Positions 31,079 through 42,708 of a stretch of 64,000 nt of DNA are shown here, in pieces. Made by a program: the position numbers and the translations under genes. Position 1 is the first letter of the stretch. Every line of letters starts with the position of its first letter. Under the pieces are notes generated by a model that was given only the letters and a program-made list of their open reading frames with translations, did not search any database and had not been told where the DNA came from. The stretch is taken from assembly GCA_963728565.1 (NCBI GenBank), contig CAVSLC010000002.1, positions 160,001-224,000 of the forward strand, read 5' to 3'. The DNA is from an uncultured delta proteobacterium (lineage in GTDB: Bacteria > Desulfobacterota > Binatia > UBA9968).

Positions 31079-33196
31079 TCAGGAATGATTTTTAGCAGTC
31101 TTGGGGAATGAAGCGGAATGACTCGTCGATGGAGTGTCTCCAACAAATTTCACGCCTTTACTTTTGATGGCGCTGTCGATTTTTTCTAACACTTCGTCGA
31201 GCTGATACGGTTTCATAATAACACCGCTCAGTTCCTGCTTAGCCAGTTCCGTCTCCAGCTGAGAGGCGATAAACCCGGTGGCGAAAATCGCCTTAATGTC
31301 AGGATCAACTTCTTTCATCTTTCGATAAGCTTCCCACCCGTTTAGCTTCGGCAATCCAAAATCAAGGATTACTGCCGCGATCTCTTGCTTATGCAGATTG
31401 TGCATATCGACAGCTTCAGCGCCATCCGCCGCGGTTAACACTCTGTACCCCGCTCGCTGCAGATGTATCTGCATCAAGCGCAGCTGGTGCACCTCGTCGT
31501 CAACGAAAAGAATCATTTCACCGTTGGCCACCAGCCCGTCAATTTTCCTGCGCGGCGGTTCCGCTCGGGGATCGCTTGATTCGACCTGATCTTTGGGGAT
31601 GGGAAGAAAAAGCCGAAAGCTTGCGCCGCGACCGGGCTCGCTTTCGACGTCGATAATACCGCCGTGTTTACCGACGATCCCATAGACCACCGCAAGGCCC
31701 AATCCCGTTCCTTCTCCCTGCCGTTTGGTCGTAAAGAACGGCTCAAAAATACGACTTTTGGTTGACATGCTCATGCCTATGCCGGTGTCTTTGACGGTGA
31801 CGCAGCAGTACAGTTCCTCTTTCACTTCTTGAGAAATCTTGCGCAGCTCGGCTCCGTCAACTATTTCGGTGGCAACGATCAGCTTTCCACCATTCGGCAT
31901 GGCGTCGCGCGCATTGAGGCAAAGGTTGAAAACCGCCTGATGAATTTGGTGAGGGTCGGCCATGATCGACGGCAAGTTCGGTTGTAGATTCCAGATGACC
32001 TCGATCTGTTTAGGAAAGGTATCATTGATAATCCCTTGAAGCTTCTGCAACACACTTGTCACTCTGACCGGTTCAAACTTGGTTTCGGCCTTGCGCGCCA
32101 TGGCTAGGAGCTGCCGGACTAAAGAAACGCCGCGTTCGACGGTTTCTATAATCACTTCTACATGCTCGGAGTTTCTGTCCTTGCCGTCGCTATTCTGCAA
32201 AATCAGATTGGCGTACCCGGAGATGATGTTGAGAATGTTGTTAATGTCGTGGGCAATTCCACCGGCCAAAGTGCCGATGCTTTCCATTTTCTGCACTTGG
32301 AGAAGCTGCTCTTGGAGCTTTTCCCGTTCACCGATGGTGTGGGCTAATTCAGCCGCCTTTTCGACATATCGTTCTTCGAGATCGGAGTTGAGTCGTTTAA
32401 GCTGTTCTTCGGTCTTCTTGCGGGCAGTGATGTCACGGAAAATGGCCGAAAAGCCGACGAGCTCCCCGTGATCATCGACCAGCGAGGTGACCACAACATT
32501 AGCCCAAAAGCGCGAGCCATCCTTGCGCAGGCGCCAGCCCTCGTCTTCATAGCGTCCCGCCCCAGCCGAGTCCTTCAGTGCCTGGCCAGGCAAGCCCTTT
32601 TCCTCGTCTTCCGGCGTGTAGAAAGCGCCGAACAATTTGCCAATGGCTTCATGCTGGCTCCAACCGACAATCCGCTCGGCGCCCAAATTCCAGGTTGAGA
32701 CCCGGCCGCTCGGATCCATCATGAAAATCGCGTAATCCTGCAAGCTTTCGACCACCATTCGAAAGCGCTCTTCGCTTTGCCGGATTGCTTGTAGTTTTAG
32801 CTGCTCGTTCTTATGAAACAGGTCGACGAAAACCGAAACCTTGGCCTGAAGAATTTGCGGCACAACCGGTTTGAAAAGGTAATCAACGGCCCCGCTGGCG
32901 GCTCCTCGAAAAACGTCCGATTCCAGGGTATCGATGGCAGAGATAAAAATAATTGGGGTGTAGCGAAACCTTTCTCTCTGTCGAATCAACGCGGCGGTCT
33001 CAAAGCCGTCCATCACCGGCAGGCGGACGTCCATAAGGATCAGCGCAAAGTCCTCTCGTAACAACAGGCGGAGCGCCTCCGTGCCCGAAGAAGCCGTTGA
33101 GATGTTTCGCCCCGGCCCCGCGAGAAGCGCCTCCATGGCCGCGAGCGTCTTTACATCATCGTCAACTACTAGGATGTTCGCCGTTGCTGCGTTCAT
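31079..33196 (-). CDS. Hybrid sensor kinase REC-PAS-HisKA-HATPase-REC
   Basis: ILVVDDD/LMDVRLP; PAS WNLGAE...RKDGSRFW; H-box GGIAHDINN; NARDAM, DTGIG, FFTTK, GTGLGL; C-terminal REC. Confidence 0.93.
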   Translation of the reverse strand: MNAATANILVVDDDVKTLAAMEALLAGPGRNISTASSGTEALRLLLREDFALILMDVRLPVMDGFETAALIRQRERFRYTPIIFISAIDTLESDVFRGAASGAVDYLFKPVVPQILQAKVSVFVDLFHKNEQLKLQAIRQSEERFRMVVESLQDYAIFMMDPSGRVSTWNLGAERIVGWSQHEAIGKLFGAFYTPEDEEKGLPGQALKDSAGAGRYEDEGWRLRKDGSRFWANVVVTSLVDDHGELVGFSAIFRDITARKKTEEQLKRLNSDLEERYVEKAAELAHTIGEREKLQEQLLQVQKMESIGTLAGGIAHDINNILNIISGYANLILQNSDGKDRNSEHVEVIIETVERGVSLVRQLLAMARKAETKFEPVRVTSVLQKLQGIINDTFPKQIEVIWNLQPNLPSIMADPHQIHQAVFNLCLNARDAMPNGGKLIVATEIVDGAELRKISQEVKEELYCCVTVKDTGIGMSMSTKSRIFEPFFTTKRQGEGTGLGLAVVYGIVGKHGGIIDVESEPGRGASFRLFLPIPKDQVESSDPRAEPPRRKIDGLVANGEMILFVDDEVHQLRLMQIHLQRAGYRVLTAADGAEAVDMHNLHKQEIAAVILDFGLPKLNGWEAYRKMKEVDPDIKAIFATGFIASQLETELAKQELSGVIMKPYQLDEVLEKIDSAIKSKGVKFVGDTPSTSHSASFPKTAKNHS

Positions 33197-36100
33197 AACC
33201 GACTCCGGAATGTGTCTGCTTGCCGAAAAGCCATATGCGTAGTAGTCCGAGCAGCTCCTCCGTATTGACCGGCTTGGCGATATAGTCCGAAGCGCCTGCT
33301 TCCAGGCATTTTTCGCGGTCACCCTTCATGGCCTTAGCCGTCAGCGCGAGAATGGGTAATAGCTTGTGTTTTGTGCTTTTCCGGATCAGGCTTATGGTTT
33401 CATAGCCATCCATGTCCGGCATCATGATGTCCATTAGCACGGCGTCAATCACTTCCTCTCGGTCGAGAAGCGAAATCGCCTCTTTACCGGTTTCCGCGCT
33501 GATGACACGCACACCGTGCTGTTCGAGTAAGCTGGTCAAGGCGAAAATATTGCGCACGTCATCATCCACGACCAGCACTGTCTTACCCCTGAGCGCCTCG
33601 TCGCTATGGCGCAGTCGTTCGAGCATTTGTTGTTTGGCAGGAGCGAGTTCGGTTGTTAACAGGTGCAGGAACAAGGATGTTTCATCGAGCAAACGCTCGG
33701 GAGATTGGACACCCTTGATGACCACACTCTCGGCCAGTTGTGCCAGCTGCAGTTCATCTTGCTCGGTCAAGTCTTTGCCCGTAAAAACGACGATCGGCAA
33801 ATCTTGCAGATCGCGTTGACGCCGAATGCGCTCGAGCAAATCGAAGCCGGTTATGTCCGGCAGCTTCAGGTCGAGAACCATGCAGTCAAACTTCTTTGAG
33901 CGCAAAATGTTCCAAGCCTCGCCGCCGGTGTGCGCCGTAGTGATCTCGACCTTTTCGTGGGAGAGCAGTTCAACGATGCTCTGCCTTTCCACCGCGTCGT
34001 CTTCGACGATCAAGAGCTCCTTGCGCTCTGCCCTGGCATAGCCCAATACGCGGTCAATGGCGATCTCCAATTCGCCGCTAGTGGCCGGTTTGATCAGATA
34101 AGAGAAGGCGCCGTGACCCAGCCCCTGTATGCGCTCTTCTTCGACGCTGACGATTTGCACCGGAATGTGGCGCGTAGTGGAGTCTTGTTTTAGGTTGCTC
34201 AACACGGTCCATCCGAGCATGTCAGGCAGGAAGATATCCAATAGGATGGCGACGGGATTGAATTCGCGCGCCAGATTGTGGGCGATCGAACCCTTGTTGG
34301 TAACCACGGCTTTGAAGCCTCGCTCGCGCACCAAGTCCAATAACAGTCCGGCGAAGCGAGGATCATCTTCAACAATAAGGACAACCGCGTCCTTCGGTAG
34401 AATCGTTTCGCGATCGTCGGCGATCTCTTCAGGCTTGAGCGAATGCTGCACCACCAGGGGAGCCGGATTAAATGTCGTCCATCTCGATGAGAAGTCGCCG
34501 GAGGCCGAGGCAAAGTAGTCTTCCGGCAGATAGAGCGTGAAGTTGCTGCCTTCATTAACGTTGCTGACAAGCCGGATCTCTCCGCCCAACAACGTCGCAA
34601 GCTCTCGGCTGATGGCCAGCCCAAGACCGGTGCCGCCGTAGCGGCGGCTGGTCCCAGCATCGGCTTGGTGGAAAGCCTCGAAAATGATTCTCTGCTTGTC
34701 GGTCGGGATGCCGATACCGGTGTCGCTGACCTCAAAAGCGATCACTCTCGAACTATTTTTGAGTATCGGGTGTTCCGCGCTCCAGCCCGCCTCAGCGATT
34801 CTCATTCGGAAGACGACGCTTCCATGCGTCGTAAATTTGAACGCGTTGGAGAGCAGATTTTTCAGCACCTGCTGGAGTCGCTTTAGATCGGTGGTCATGC
34901 CTTGCGGCAGGTCGATGTGCGTTTCAATCTTAAAAGTAAGATGTCGCGCTTCCGCCACATGGCGGAAGCTTCGTTCCACCGCTTCCTGCACTTTGCTGAA
35001 GAGAACCTCCTCAGGTTCCACGGTGACGGTACCGGATTCGATCTTAGAGAGATCGAGAATGTCGCTGATCAAGTTCAGCAGGTCGCCGCCGGAGGCGTGG
35101 ATGTTACGGGCAAACTCAACCTGTTTTGTGGTGAGATTCCGGTCCGGATTGGATGTCAGCTGCTGCGCCAGGATGAGGATTGAATTGAGCGGGGTGCGCA
35201 ATTCGTGCGACATGTTGGCGAGAAATTCCGACTTATATTTTGACGCCAGAGCCAATTCGGCGGCCTTCTCTTCAAGAGCGTGGCGCGCCTGTTCGATCTC
35301 CTGATTTTTGCGCTCCACTTCGGCGTTCTGTTCGGCGAGCTGTTGAGCTTTGGTTGCCAGCTCTTCATTGGTTTGCTGCAGTTCCTTCTGCTGCGTTTGT
35401 AGTTCGCCGGCAAGTTTCTGGGACTGCTGCAAGAGACCTTCGGTTTGCATCGTTGCCTCGATGGTATTGAGGACGATACCGATGCTCTCGGTAAGCTGGG
35501 CAAGAAAGGTCAAATGGGTTGATGTGAATTCAGCCAGTGAGGCCAACTCGATGACAGCTTTGGTCTCTGCCTCGAACAGAACCGGCAGCACGATCAGGTT
35601 GCGCGGGCAGGCTCGGCCCAAGCCGGAAGTAATTTGCACATAATCGGATGGGACTTCGGAGAGCAAAATGCGCCGTTTCTCGATGGCGCATTGACCCACC
35701 AGGCCGACGCCGATGGGCAGTTCCGCTGCCGCACTCTGAGTCGCTTCGCGCGCATAGCTGGCGAGCATTTTCAGCCGCGAGTCACCATTGCTTCCCTCGA
35801 TCTGATAAATTGCGCCGTACTGCGCGCTTACCAGCGGCGCAAGCTCCGAAAGCAGCATTTGGCCCACAGTCGTAAGATCGCGCTGGCCTTGCATCATGCG
35901 AGTGAATTTGGCGAGATTGGTCTTGAGCCAGTCCTGCTCGGTGTTCTGCTCAGTTGTCGCGCGGAGGTTCTGGATCATCGCATTGATGTTGTCTTTGAGC
36001 TCGGCAACCTCACCTCGCGCCGCAACCTGGATCGAACGGGTAAGGTCACCTTTGGTAACCGCGGTCGCGACATCGGCGATCGCACGCACCTGAGTGGTAA

Positions 36101-39100
36101 GGTTGGCGGCCAACAAGTTAACGTTATCGGTTAAATCCTTCCAAATGCCTGCAGCGCCCGGCACGTTGGCCTGCCCGCCCAAGCGGCCTTCAACCCCGAC
36201 CTCGCGAGCAACGGTCGTTACCTGCTCTGCAAAGATGGCCAAAGTATCAGTCATGTTGTTGATCGTTTCCGCCAACGCGGCAACTTCACCTTTAGCTTCG
36301 ACAGTAAGCTTTTCTTTGAGGCTGCCGTTAGCGACGGCGGTAACAACCTTGACGATACCGCGCACCTGGGCGGTGAGGTTTGCGGCCATGACATTAACGT
36401 TATCCGTCAGGTCCTTCCAGGTACCGGCAACACCGGGAACCAAGGCCTGCCCGCCCAGCTTTCCTTCGGTGCCGACCTCGCGCGCGACACGGGTGACTTC
36501 GGCGGCGAAGCTGCGCAATTGATCGACCATCGTATTGATGGCTTCCTTAAGCTGTAGAATTTCGCCTTGCACGTCGACAGTGATCTTTTTGGACAAGTCG
36601 CCGTTGGCGACGGCGATGGTGACGTCGGCGATATTCCTCACTTGCGCCGTCAGATTGCCAGCCATGAAATTGACGCTGTCGGTCAGGTCCTTCCAGGTGC
36701 CGGCAACACCGGGAACCAAGGCCTGGCCGCCCAGCTTGCCGTCCGTGCCGACCTCGCGCGCCACACGGGTGACCTCGGCGGCAAAGGCGTTTAGCTGATC
36801 GACCATGGTGTTGATGGCTTCTTTGAGCTGCAGGATTTCGCCGCGCACATCGACGGTAATCTTCTTGGATAGGTCGCCGTTAGCGACTGCAATGGTGACG
36901 TCGGCGATGTTGCGCACCTGAGCGGTCAGGTTGCCGGCCATGAAATTGACGCTGTCGGTCAAATCTTTCCAGACACCACTGACACCGCGAACCTGCGCCT
37001 GACCTCCCAACTTACCCTCGGTGCCGACCTCCCGCGCCACCCGGGTGACCTCGGCGGCAAAGGCGTTTAACTGATCGACCATCGTGTTAATGGTGTCTTT
37101 GAGCTGCAGGATTTCACCTTTGACATCGACGGTGATTTTCCTGGACAAGTCGCCGTTGGCCACGGCGATGGTAACATCGGCGATATTTCGCACTTGAGAG
37201 GTTAAGTTGCTCGCCATCGCATTGACACTGTCGGTCAAATCTTTCCAGGTGCCGGCGACTCCGGGAACGACCGCTTGGCCGCCCAACTTGCCGTCAGTGC
37301 CGACCTCGCGCGCCACCCGGGTGACTTCGGCGGCAAAGGCGTTTAACTGATCGACCATGGTGTTGATGGCCTCTTTAAGCTGGAGAATCTCACCATGAAC
37401 ATCGACGGTAATTTTTTGGATAAGTCGCCGTTGGCCACGGCGATGGTGACATCGGCAATGTTGCGCACCTGCGCCGTTAGGTTGCCGGCCATGAAATTGA
37501 CGCTGTCGGTCAAATCTTTCCAAGTGCCGGCGACTCCGGGAACGACCGCTTGGCCGCCCAACTTGCCGTCAGTGCCGACCTCGCGGGCCACCCGGGTGAC
37601 TTCGGCGGCAAAGGCGTTTAACTGATCGACCATGGTGTTGATGGCCTCTTTAAGCTGGAGAATCTCACCATGAACATCGACGGTAATTTTCTTGGATAAG
37701 TCGCCGTTGGCGACGGCAATGGTGACATCGGCGATATTTCGCACCTGCGCCGTCAAGTTGCCGGCCATGATGTTGACGTTCTCAGTAAGATCTTTCCAAA
37801 CACCGCTGACATCTCGAACCTGAGCTTGGCCGCCCAACTTACCTTCGGTGCCGACCTCACGCGCCACCCGGGTGACTTCGGCGGCAAAGCTGCGCAACTG
37901 GTCGACCATGGTATTGATGGCTTCTTTGAGCTGGAGAATTTCGCCGCGCACATCGACGGTGATCTTCTTGGACAGGTCGCCGTTGGCGACGGCGATGGTA
38001 ACGTCCGCGATATTTCGAACCTGGTCGGTGAGATTGCCGGCCATCAAGTTGACGCTGTCGGTCAGGTCTTTCCAGGTGCCGGCAACTCCGGGAACGACGG
38101 CCTGTCCGCCCAGTTTGCCTTCGGTGCCGACCTCACGCGCCACCCGGGTGACTTCGGCGGCAAAGCTGCGCAACTGGTCGACCATGGTATTGATCGTGTC
38201 TTTAAGTTGCAGTATTTCGCCTTTGACATCGACGGTGATTTTTCTCGATAAATCTCCGTTGGCCACGGCAATGGTGACATCGGCGATATTTCGCACCTGG
38301 GATGTCAAATTGCTGGCCATTGCATTGACGCTGTCGGTCAAATCTTTCCAGGTGCCGGCGACTCCGGGAACGACGGCCTGGCCGCCCAGTTTGCCATCGG
38401 TGCCGACCTCGCGCGCCACCCGCGTCACCTCGGCGGCAAAGCTTCTGAGTTGATCCACCATGGTGTTGATGGTGTCTTTGAGCTGCAGGATTTCGCCGCG
38501 CACATCGACGGTAATTTTTCTGGAAAGGTCGCCGTTGGCCACGGCAATGGTGACGTCGGCGATATTGCGTACCTGCGCCGTCAAATTACCCGCCATCATG
38601 TTCACGCTCTCGGTTAAATCTTTCCAAACCCCGCTGACATCTCGAACCTGGGCTTGGCCTCCGAGTTTGCCTTCAGTACCCACCTCACGCGCTACACGCG
38701 TCACCTCCTCGGCAAAACCATCGAGCTGTTTAACCATCGCGTTAACCATTTTCGCGGTGCGAAGAAATTCCCCTCTCAGCGGCTGGCCTTCGGCGTCCAA
38801 TGCGACGGTCTGGGTTAGATCGCCCTTGGCTACCGCTCCAATAACCCGTGCCATTTCCGTAGTTGGACGGACCAGATCATCTATCAAATGGTTCACCGCA
38901 TTGACCCTGCTCCTCCAGGAACCCGATGCTCCTGGAAGCACCGCCCGTTGTGACAGCCGCCCCTCTTTGCCGACAACCCGGCTGACTCGCTCCATTTCTT
39001 TGGTGCTATCCGACATCATCTCGATGATGTCATTGATGGTATCGGCGATCTTGCCATCAACGCCGGTCCAGCTGCCGGGAAGCCTCGCGCTAAAGTCGCC

Positions 39101-39186
39101 CTTCTTCACTGAGGTAAGCACCTGCAGCAGCAGTTTCGAATCCAGCAGGTGGCTTTCATCCGAGGAACGATTCTTTTAGCCATCAT
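33162..39186 (-). CDS. Giant poly-HAMP-GAF-HisKA-HATPase-(REC)3 hybrid kinase, Nik1/group-III-like (frameshifts near 39175 and 37412)
   Basis: 11 [10 protein letters not shown]-type units at 276-nt spacing; [14 protein letters not shown]; three REC domains; RBS AGGAGA at 39190-39195. Confidence 0.93.
36070..39000 (-). repeat. Tandem 276-bp (92-aa) HAMP repeat array
   Basis: Repeat cores near 38990, 38700, 38425, 38150, 37873, 37597, 37322, 37045, 36770, 36493 and 36217. Confidence 0.92.
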
Positions 39187-39678
39187 CGGTCTCCTAGAGG
39201 TATGGCGCGCCGATAGATAATTGAGACGTCAAGCAGGCGGAATTTGGGCAGAGGACAATTCTGAAATGCTCGTTTTCGGCAACGCCGTTTCTGTTAAAAC
39301 GAAAAGTCCTGATTTCGAAGCAAACGGTGAAAAGCGAGGATATTGTACTTAGAAAGCCGATGCAACGATTAATCGCGCCATCGGCTACAGTTTACGGGGC
39401 CCTAGCATGATCGAGCCCCATTCATTGATTCTCGCTTAAGGCGGCAAAACTGCTCAAATGCAAACCTACTGCACTCGTCCTAGTGCTTTTTCAATACATC
39501 GCTAAGGCCGTAAGTTTGCGTTTACATAGTTGCAGATCGAGCTGTTTTCCCCTACATTCGCTCAATAACCCACGCCCCTCAGTCAGCTAATCTTTTTTTA
39601 AGCCTAGGCAAGTTCATCAGCGGCGGCCGTGCGGAATATTTTTAAGATCTATCATTTCGTTGAGAAGATGGAGGTAGC

Positions 39679-41907
39679 TTGATGGCAGCGTCGAAGCAGG
39701 TTGTAGGCAATCCAACACCGAGGGTGGAGGGCGAGCTAAAAGTCAGCGGCAAGGCCAAGTATGCGGTCGATGTAACCCTACCGGGAATGTTGTGGGGCAA
39801 GCTCTATAGAAGCCCGATCGCATCCGGGAAGATAAAAAGGATTGATGTCAGCAAGGCCGAAGCGCTGCCCGGTGTGCACGCGGTGGTGACGGGAGAAGAT
39901 TGTACCGGACTGCGGATCGGCCGCCGGCTCTACGATATGCCGATCTTGGCAGACGGCGAAGTGAGATTCATCGGCGAGAAAGTTGCCGCGGTGGCGGCAG
40001 ATAATGAGAGCATCGCCGAGGAGGCGCTCAATCTCATCGAAGTCGAATTCGAAGAAACCGAGCCGCTTTTGGATCCGCTCGAGGCCATGAAGCCCGGCGC
40101 AAAGTTATTGCACCCGGATGTCATGAACTACAAAGGTCTGCCTAAGGCGCTGGAGGCGCCGTCCAATGAGTTCGTTTATGTTACCTGGGGCAAGGGCGAC
40201 CCCGAGGAGGGTTTCCGCCAGGCGGACCTCATCGTCGAGAACACATTTACCACTCCGGTGGTGCATCAGAGTTACATCGAGCCCCATTCCTGCGTGGTGA
40301 GCGCGGCGACCGACGGTTCGGCGGAGTTCTGGTCGTGCAGCAAGGTGCCCTACGGCGTGCGCGAACAGGTCGCCAATGCGCTCAAACTGCCGCCAGAGAA
40401 ACTCAACTTTAACCCCGTCTACATCGGCGGTGACTTCGGCGGCAAGGGCGATTTCATGGATCTTGCCGTGGTCTATCTTTTGTCCAAGAAAGCCGGACGG
40501 CCAGTGAAATTGGTGATGGACTATGAAGAAGAATTCGTCGCCGGCAATCCACGTCACGCTTCGATCATCCACGTCAAAACCGGCGTAAAGAAAGACGGCA
40601 CTCTGGTCGCGCACCGCATGAGCTTCATCTTCGACAGCGGCGCCTACGGCGCGTTCAAGCCCAATGCGTTTCTCAACGGGCCGCACCTGTCGGCCGGGCC
40701 GTACAATATTCCTCATGTCTTTATCGAGGAGCATATGGTCTACACCAACAAGATCCCCTGCGGCCATATGCGCTCGCCCGGCGATCCCCAGGGATTCTTT
40801 GCAAACGAGAGCCAGATGGACATAATCGCGAAACGGTTGGGCATGGACCCGATCAAGCTGCGCCAGAAAAACTTCATGCACGACGGCGACATCGATCCCA
40901 CTGGGGAGGAGTATAGCTATATCAAGACCGACGAGACCCTTAGAAAAGCGCTGGACGATTCCGGCTACGAGAAACCCAAGGCGAAAAACGTCGGGCGCGG
41001 CATCGCGTTGGTGCAGTGGACCCCTGCCGGTGGGACGGGTACCGTCGCCATTTCGCTGGATGAAAAAGGCATCGCTACGATTTCCTCCGCCATGGCGGAC
41101 CAAGGAGCTGGAACCTACACCGTGCTGAGCGAAATCGTTGCTGAAGAGCTCAAAATCCCACTCAGCCAGGTCAAGGCTCAGCAACTGGACACGCAGACCG
41201 GCGTGAAGGATACCGGCGTCGGCGGCAGCCGCGCGACGCGAGTTTATGGCACCGCGGGCTACCAAGCGGCTTTGAAGGCCGTGGATGCGATTAAGCAAGC
41301 GGCGGCAAGTCAGATGGGCGTAGCGGCCGATCAAATCACGCTTGCGAAGGGGGCGGCGCTGCACCCGCGCATGGAAAGGCGACTCACGTACGGCGAAATT
41401 GTCAAAGCCAACGGCGCGCCGATCGCGGTGGATGCCACGTTTAACGACACCAAAAAGATTCACGCCGCTTCCATGTGCGTGCAGGTCGCGGAAGTGGAAG
41501 TCGACCCGGAAACCGGACGGGTTGATCTCAGAAAATTCACTTCGACGCATAACACCGGCACGGTGCTCAACCCGCTGATGCACCAGGGGCAGATCGAGGG
41601 CGCAAGCATGACCGGCATCGGGTACACGCTGATGGAAGAAGTCGTCATTAGCGACGGCAAAGTCGCAACGACTCACTTCGGCGAGTACAAGATCCCGACG
41701 ATTAAGGACGTTCCGGTATTCAAAGGCTCGGTGACCGAAGCGCCGCACGGAGCTGGGCCCTACGACAGCATGCCGATCGGCGAGACGGGCAATATCCCGA
41801 CGGCTGCGGCCATCGCCAACGCCGTTGAAGATGCTTGCGGCGTGCGCATCAAGAGTCTGCCGATTACCGCGGAAAAGATTTACGAAGCACTGCACGGCGG
41901 TAAGTAG
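39679..41907 (+). CDS. Xanthine dehydrogenase family molybdopterin-binding subunit
   Basis: R.EG..KV.G.A.YA.D, GGDFGGKG, HMRSPG, DQGAG..T, GGSR, LNP...GQIEG, IGE. Confidence 0.93.
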   Translation: MMAASKQVVGNPTPRVEGELKVSGKAKYAVDVTLPGMLWGKLYRSPIASGKIKRIDVSKAEALPGVHAVVTGEDCTGLRIGRRLYDMPILADGEVRFIGEKVAAVAADNESIAEEALNLIEVEFEETEPLLDPLEAMKPGAKLLHPDVMNYKGLPKALEAPSNEFVYVTWGKGDPEEGFRQADLIVENTFTTPVVHQSYIEPHSCVVSAATDGSAEFWSCSKVPYGVREQVANALKLPPEKLNFNPVYIGGDFGGKGDFMDLAVVYLLSKKAGRPVKLVMDYEEEFVAGNPRHASIIHVKTGVKKDGTLVAHRMSFIFDSGAYGAFKPNAFLNGPHLSAGPYNIPHVFIEEHMVYTNKIPCGHMRSPGDPQGFFANESQMDIIAKRLGMDPIKLRQKNFMHDGDIDPTGEEYSYIKTDETLRKALDDSGYEKPKAKNVGRGIALVQWTPAGGTGTVAISLDEKGIATISSAMADQGAGTYTVLSEIVAEELKIPLSQVKAQQLDTQTGVKDTGVGGSRATRVYGTAGYQAALKAVDAIKQAAASQMGVAADQITLAKGAALHPRMERRLTYGEIVKANGAPIAVDATFNDTKKIHAASMCVQVAEVEVDPETGRVDLRKFTSTHNTGTVLNPLMHQGQIEGASMTGIGYTLMEEVVISDGKVATTHFGEYKIPTIKDVPVFKGSVTEAPHGAGPYDSMPIGETGNIPTAAAIANAVEDACGVRIKSLPITAEKIYEALHGGK

Positions 41908-42225
41908 TTCGATAGGGTTCCGGGAACGTTTAAGTTAGCGGGGGGTTGTTTACCAGTGAAGAGGGCGCCCGCGCTCGCCCCGCATTGTGCTTGGTTACCA
42001 GCTCTATGTGAATACGGCTAAACTCAGCCTCGGCATGTTCGTGCTCGTGTTCTGTTTCCGGAAGTAGGACTCTTCTACCAGGGGAATGTCCAAAGTCACG
42101 GACATGCCTGTTTTCCGGACACGATACTGGCTGTATCTTTTCCGCTTTATCCTTCTGCCTTAATCCCCTTGTCAGGAGTTTTTTTGTCACATAAGATCGG
42201 CGCTGATTTCGCTTGAGGAGCAAGA

Positions 42226-42684
42226 ATGATTTTTGAAGGAAAGATCGATCTTGATGTGCCTGCGGCCAAGACGTGGGACTTTCTGATCGACATCAATAAA
42301 TTCTCATCGTGCCTGCCTGGCCTGCAGGAGGTCAAACAAATCGATGACAAAACCTTTGACGGGGTTATCGCCGCCAATGTTGGCCCGATCTCGGGCAAGT
42401 TTTCTTTTCGTGCAATGATTGTTGAAAGTAAACCACCGGAACAAATGGTGGTGAAGACCGAGGGAACGGATTCCGTGACCAAGAGCACGGTCAATGCGGA
42501 TATGCTCGTGGATCTGCAAGAGCCTGCCGCCAATGAGACGATGATGAACTACCGTGCCGACATCAAGATCAAAGGACGGCTCGGAATTCTCGGTGATATG
42601 GTGCTGCGCGCCACGGCGACATTAATTTTGCAAGAGTTTACCAAGCGCTTACGCCAGGGCCTGGGCGCGACAGCCAAAGCGTGA
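42226..42684 (+). CDS. CoxG/SRPBCC family protein
   Basis: W.FL.D......CLPG, VGPISG.F, G.LG.LG; adjacent to the molybdoenzyme. Confidence 0.85.
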   Translation: MIFEGKIDLDVPAAKTWDFLIDINKFSSCLPGLQEVKQIDDKTFDGVIAANVGPISGKFSFRAMIVESKPPEQMVVKTEGTDSVTKSTVNADMLVDLQEPAANETMMNYRADIKIKGRLGILGDMVLRATATLILQEFTKRLRQGLGATAKA

Positions 42685-42708
42685 GCGCGCGACGGAGGAA
42701 GAGTTTCG

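Noticed and set aside
29393-39186. Integrative element at tRNA-Asn
   Set aside because: No integrase or duplicated tRNA 3' end was seen in the window.
33412-41895. Long antisense ORFs (for example 40105-41895, 38460-39179, 34684-35304)
   Set aside because: They are shadows of well-supported genes in GC-rich sequence and have no motifs.
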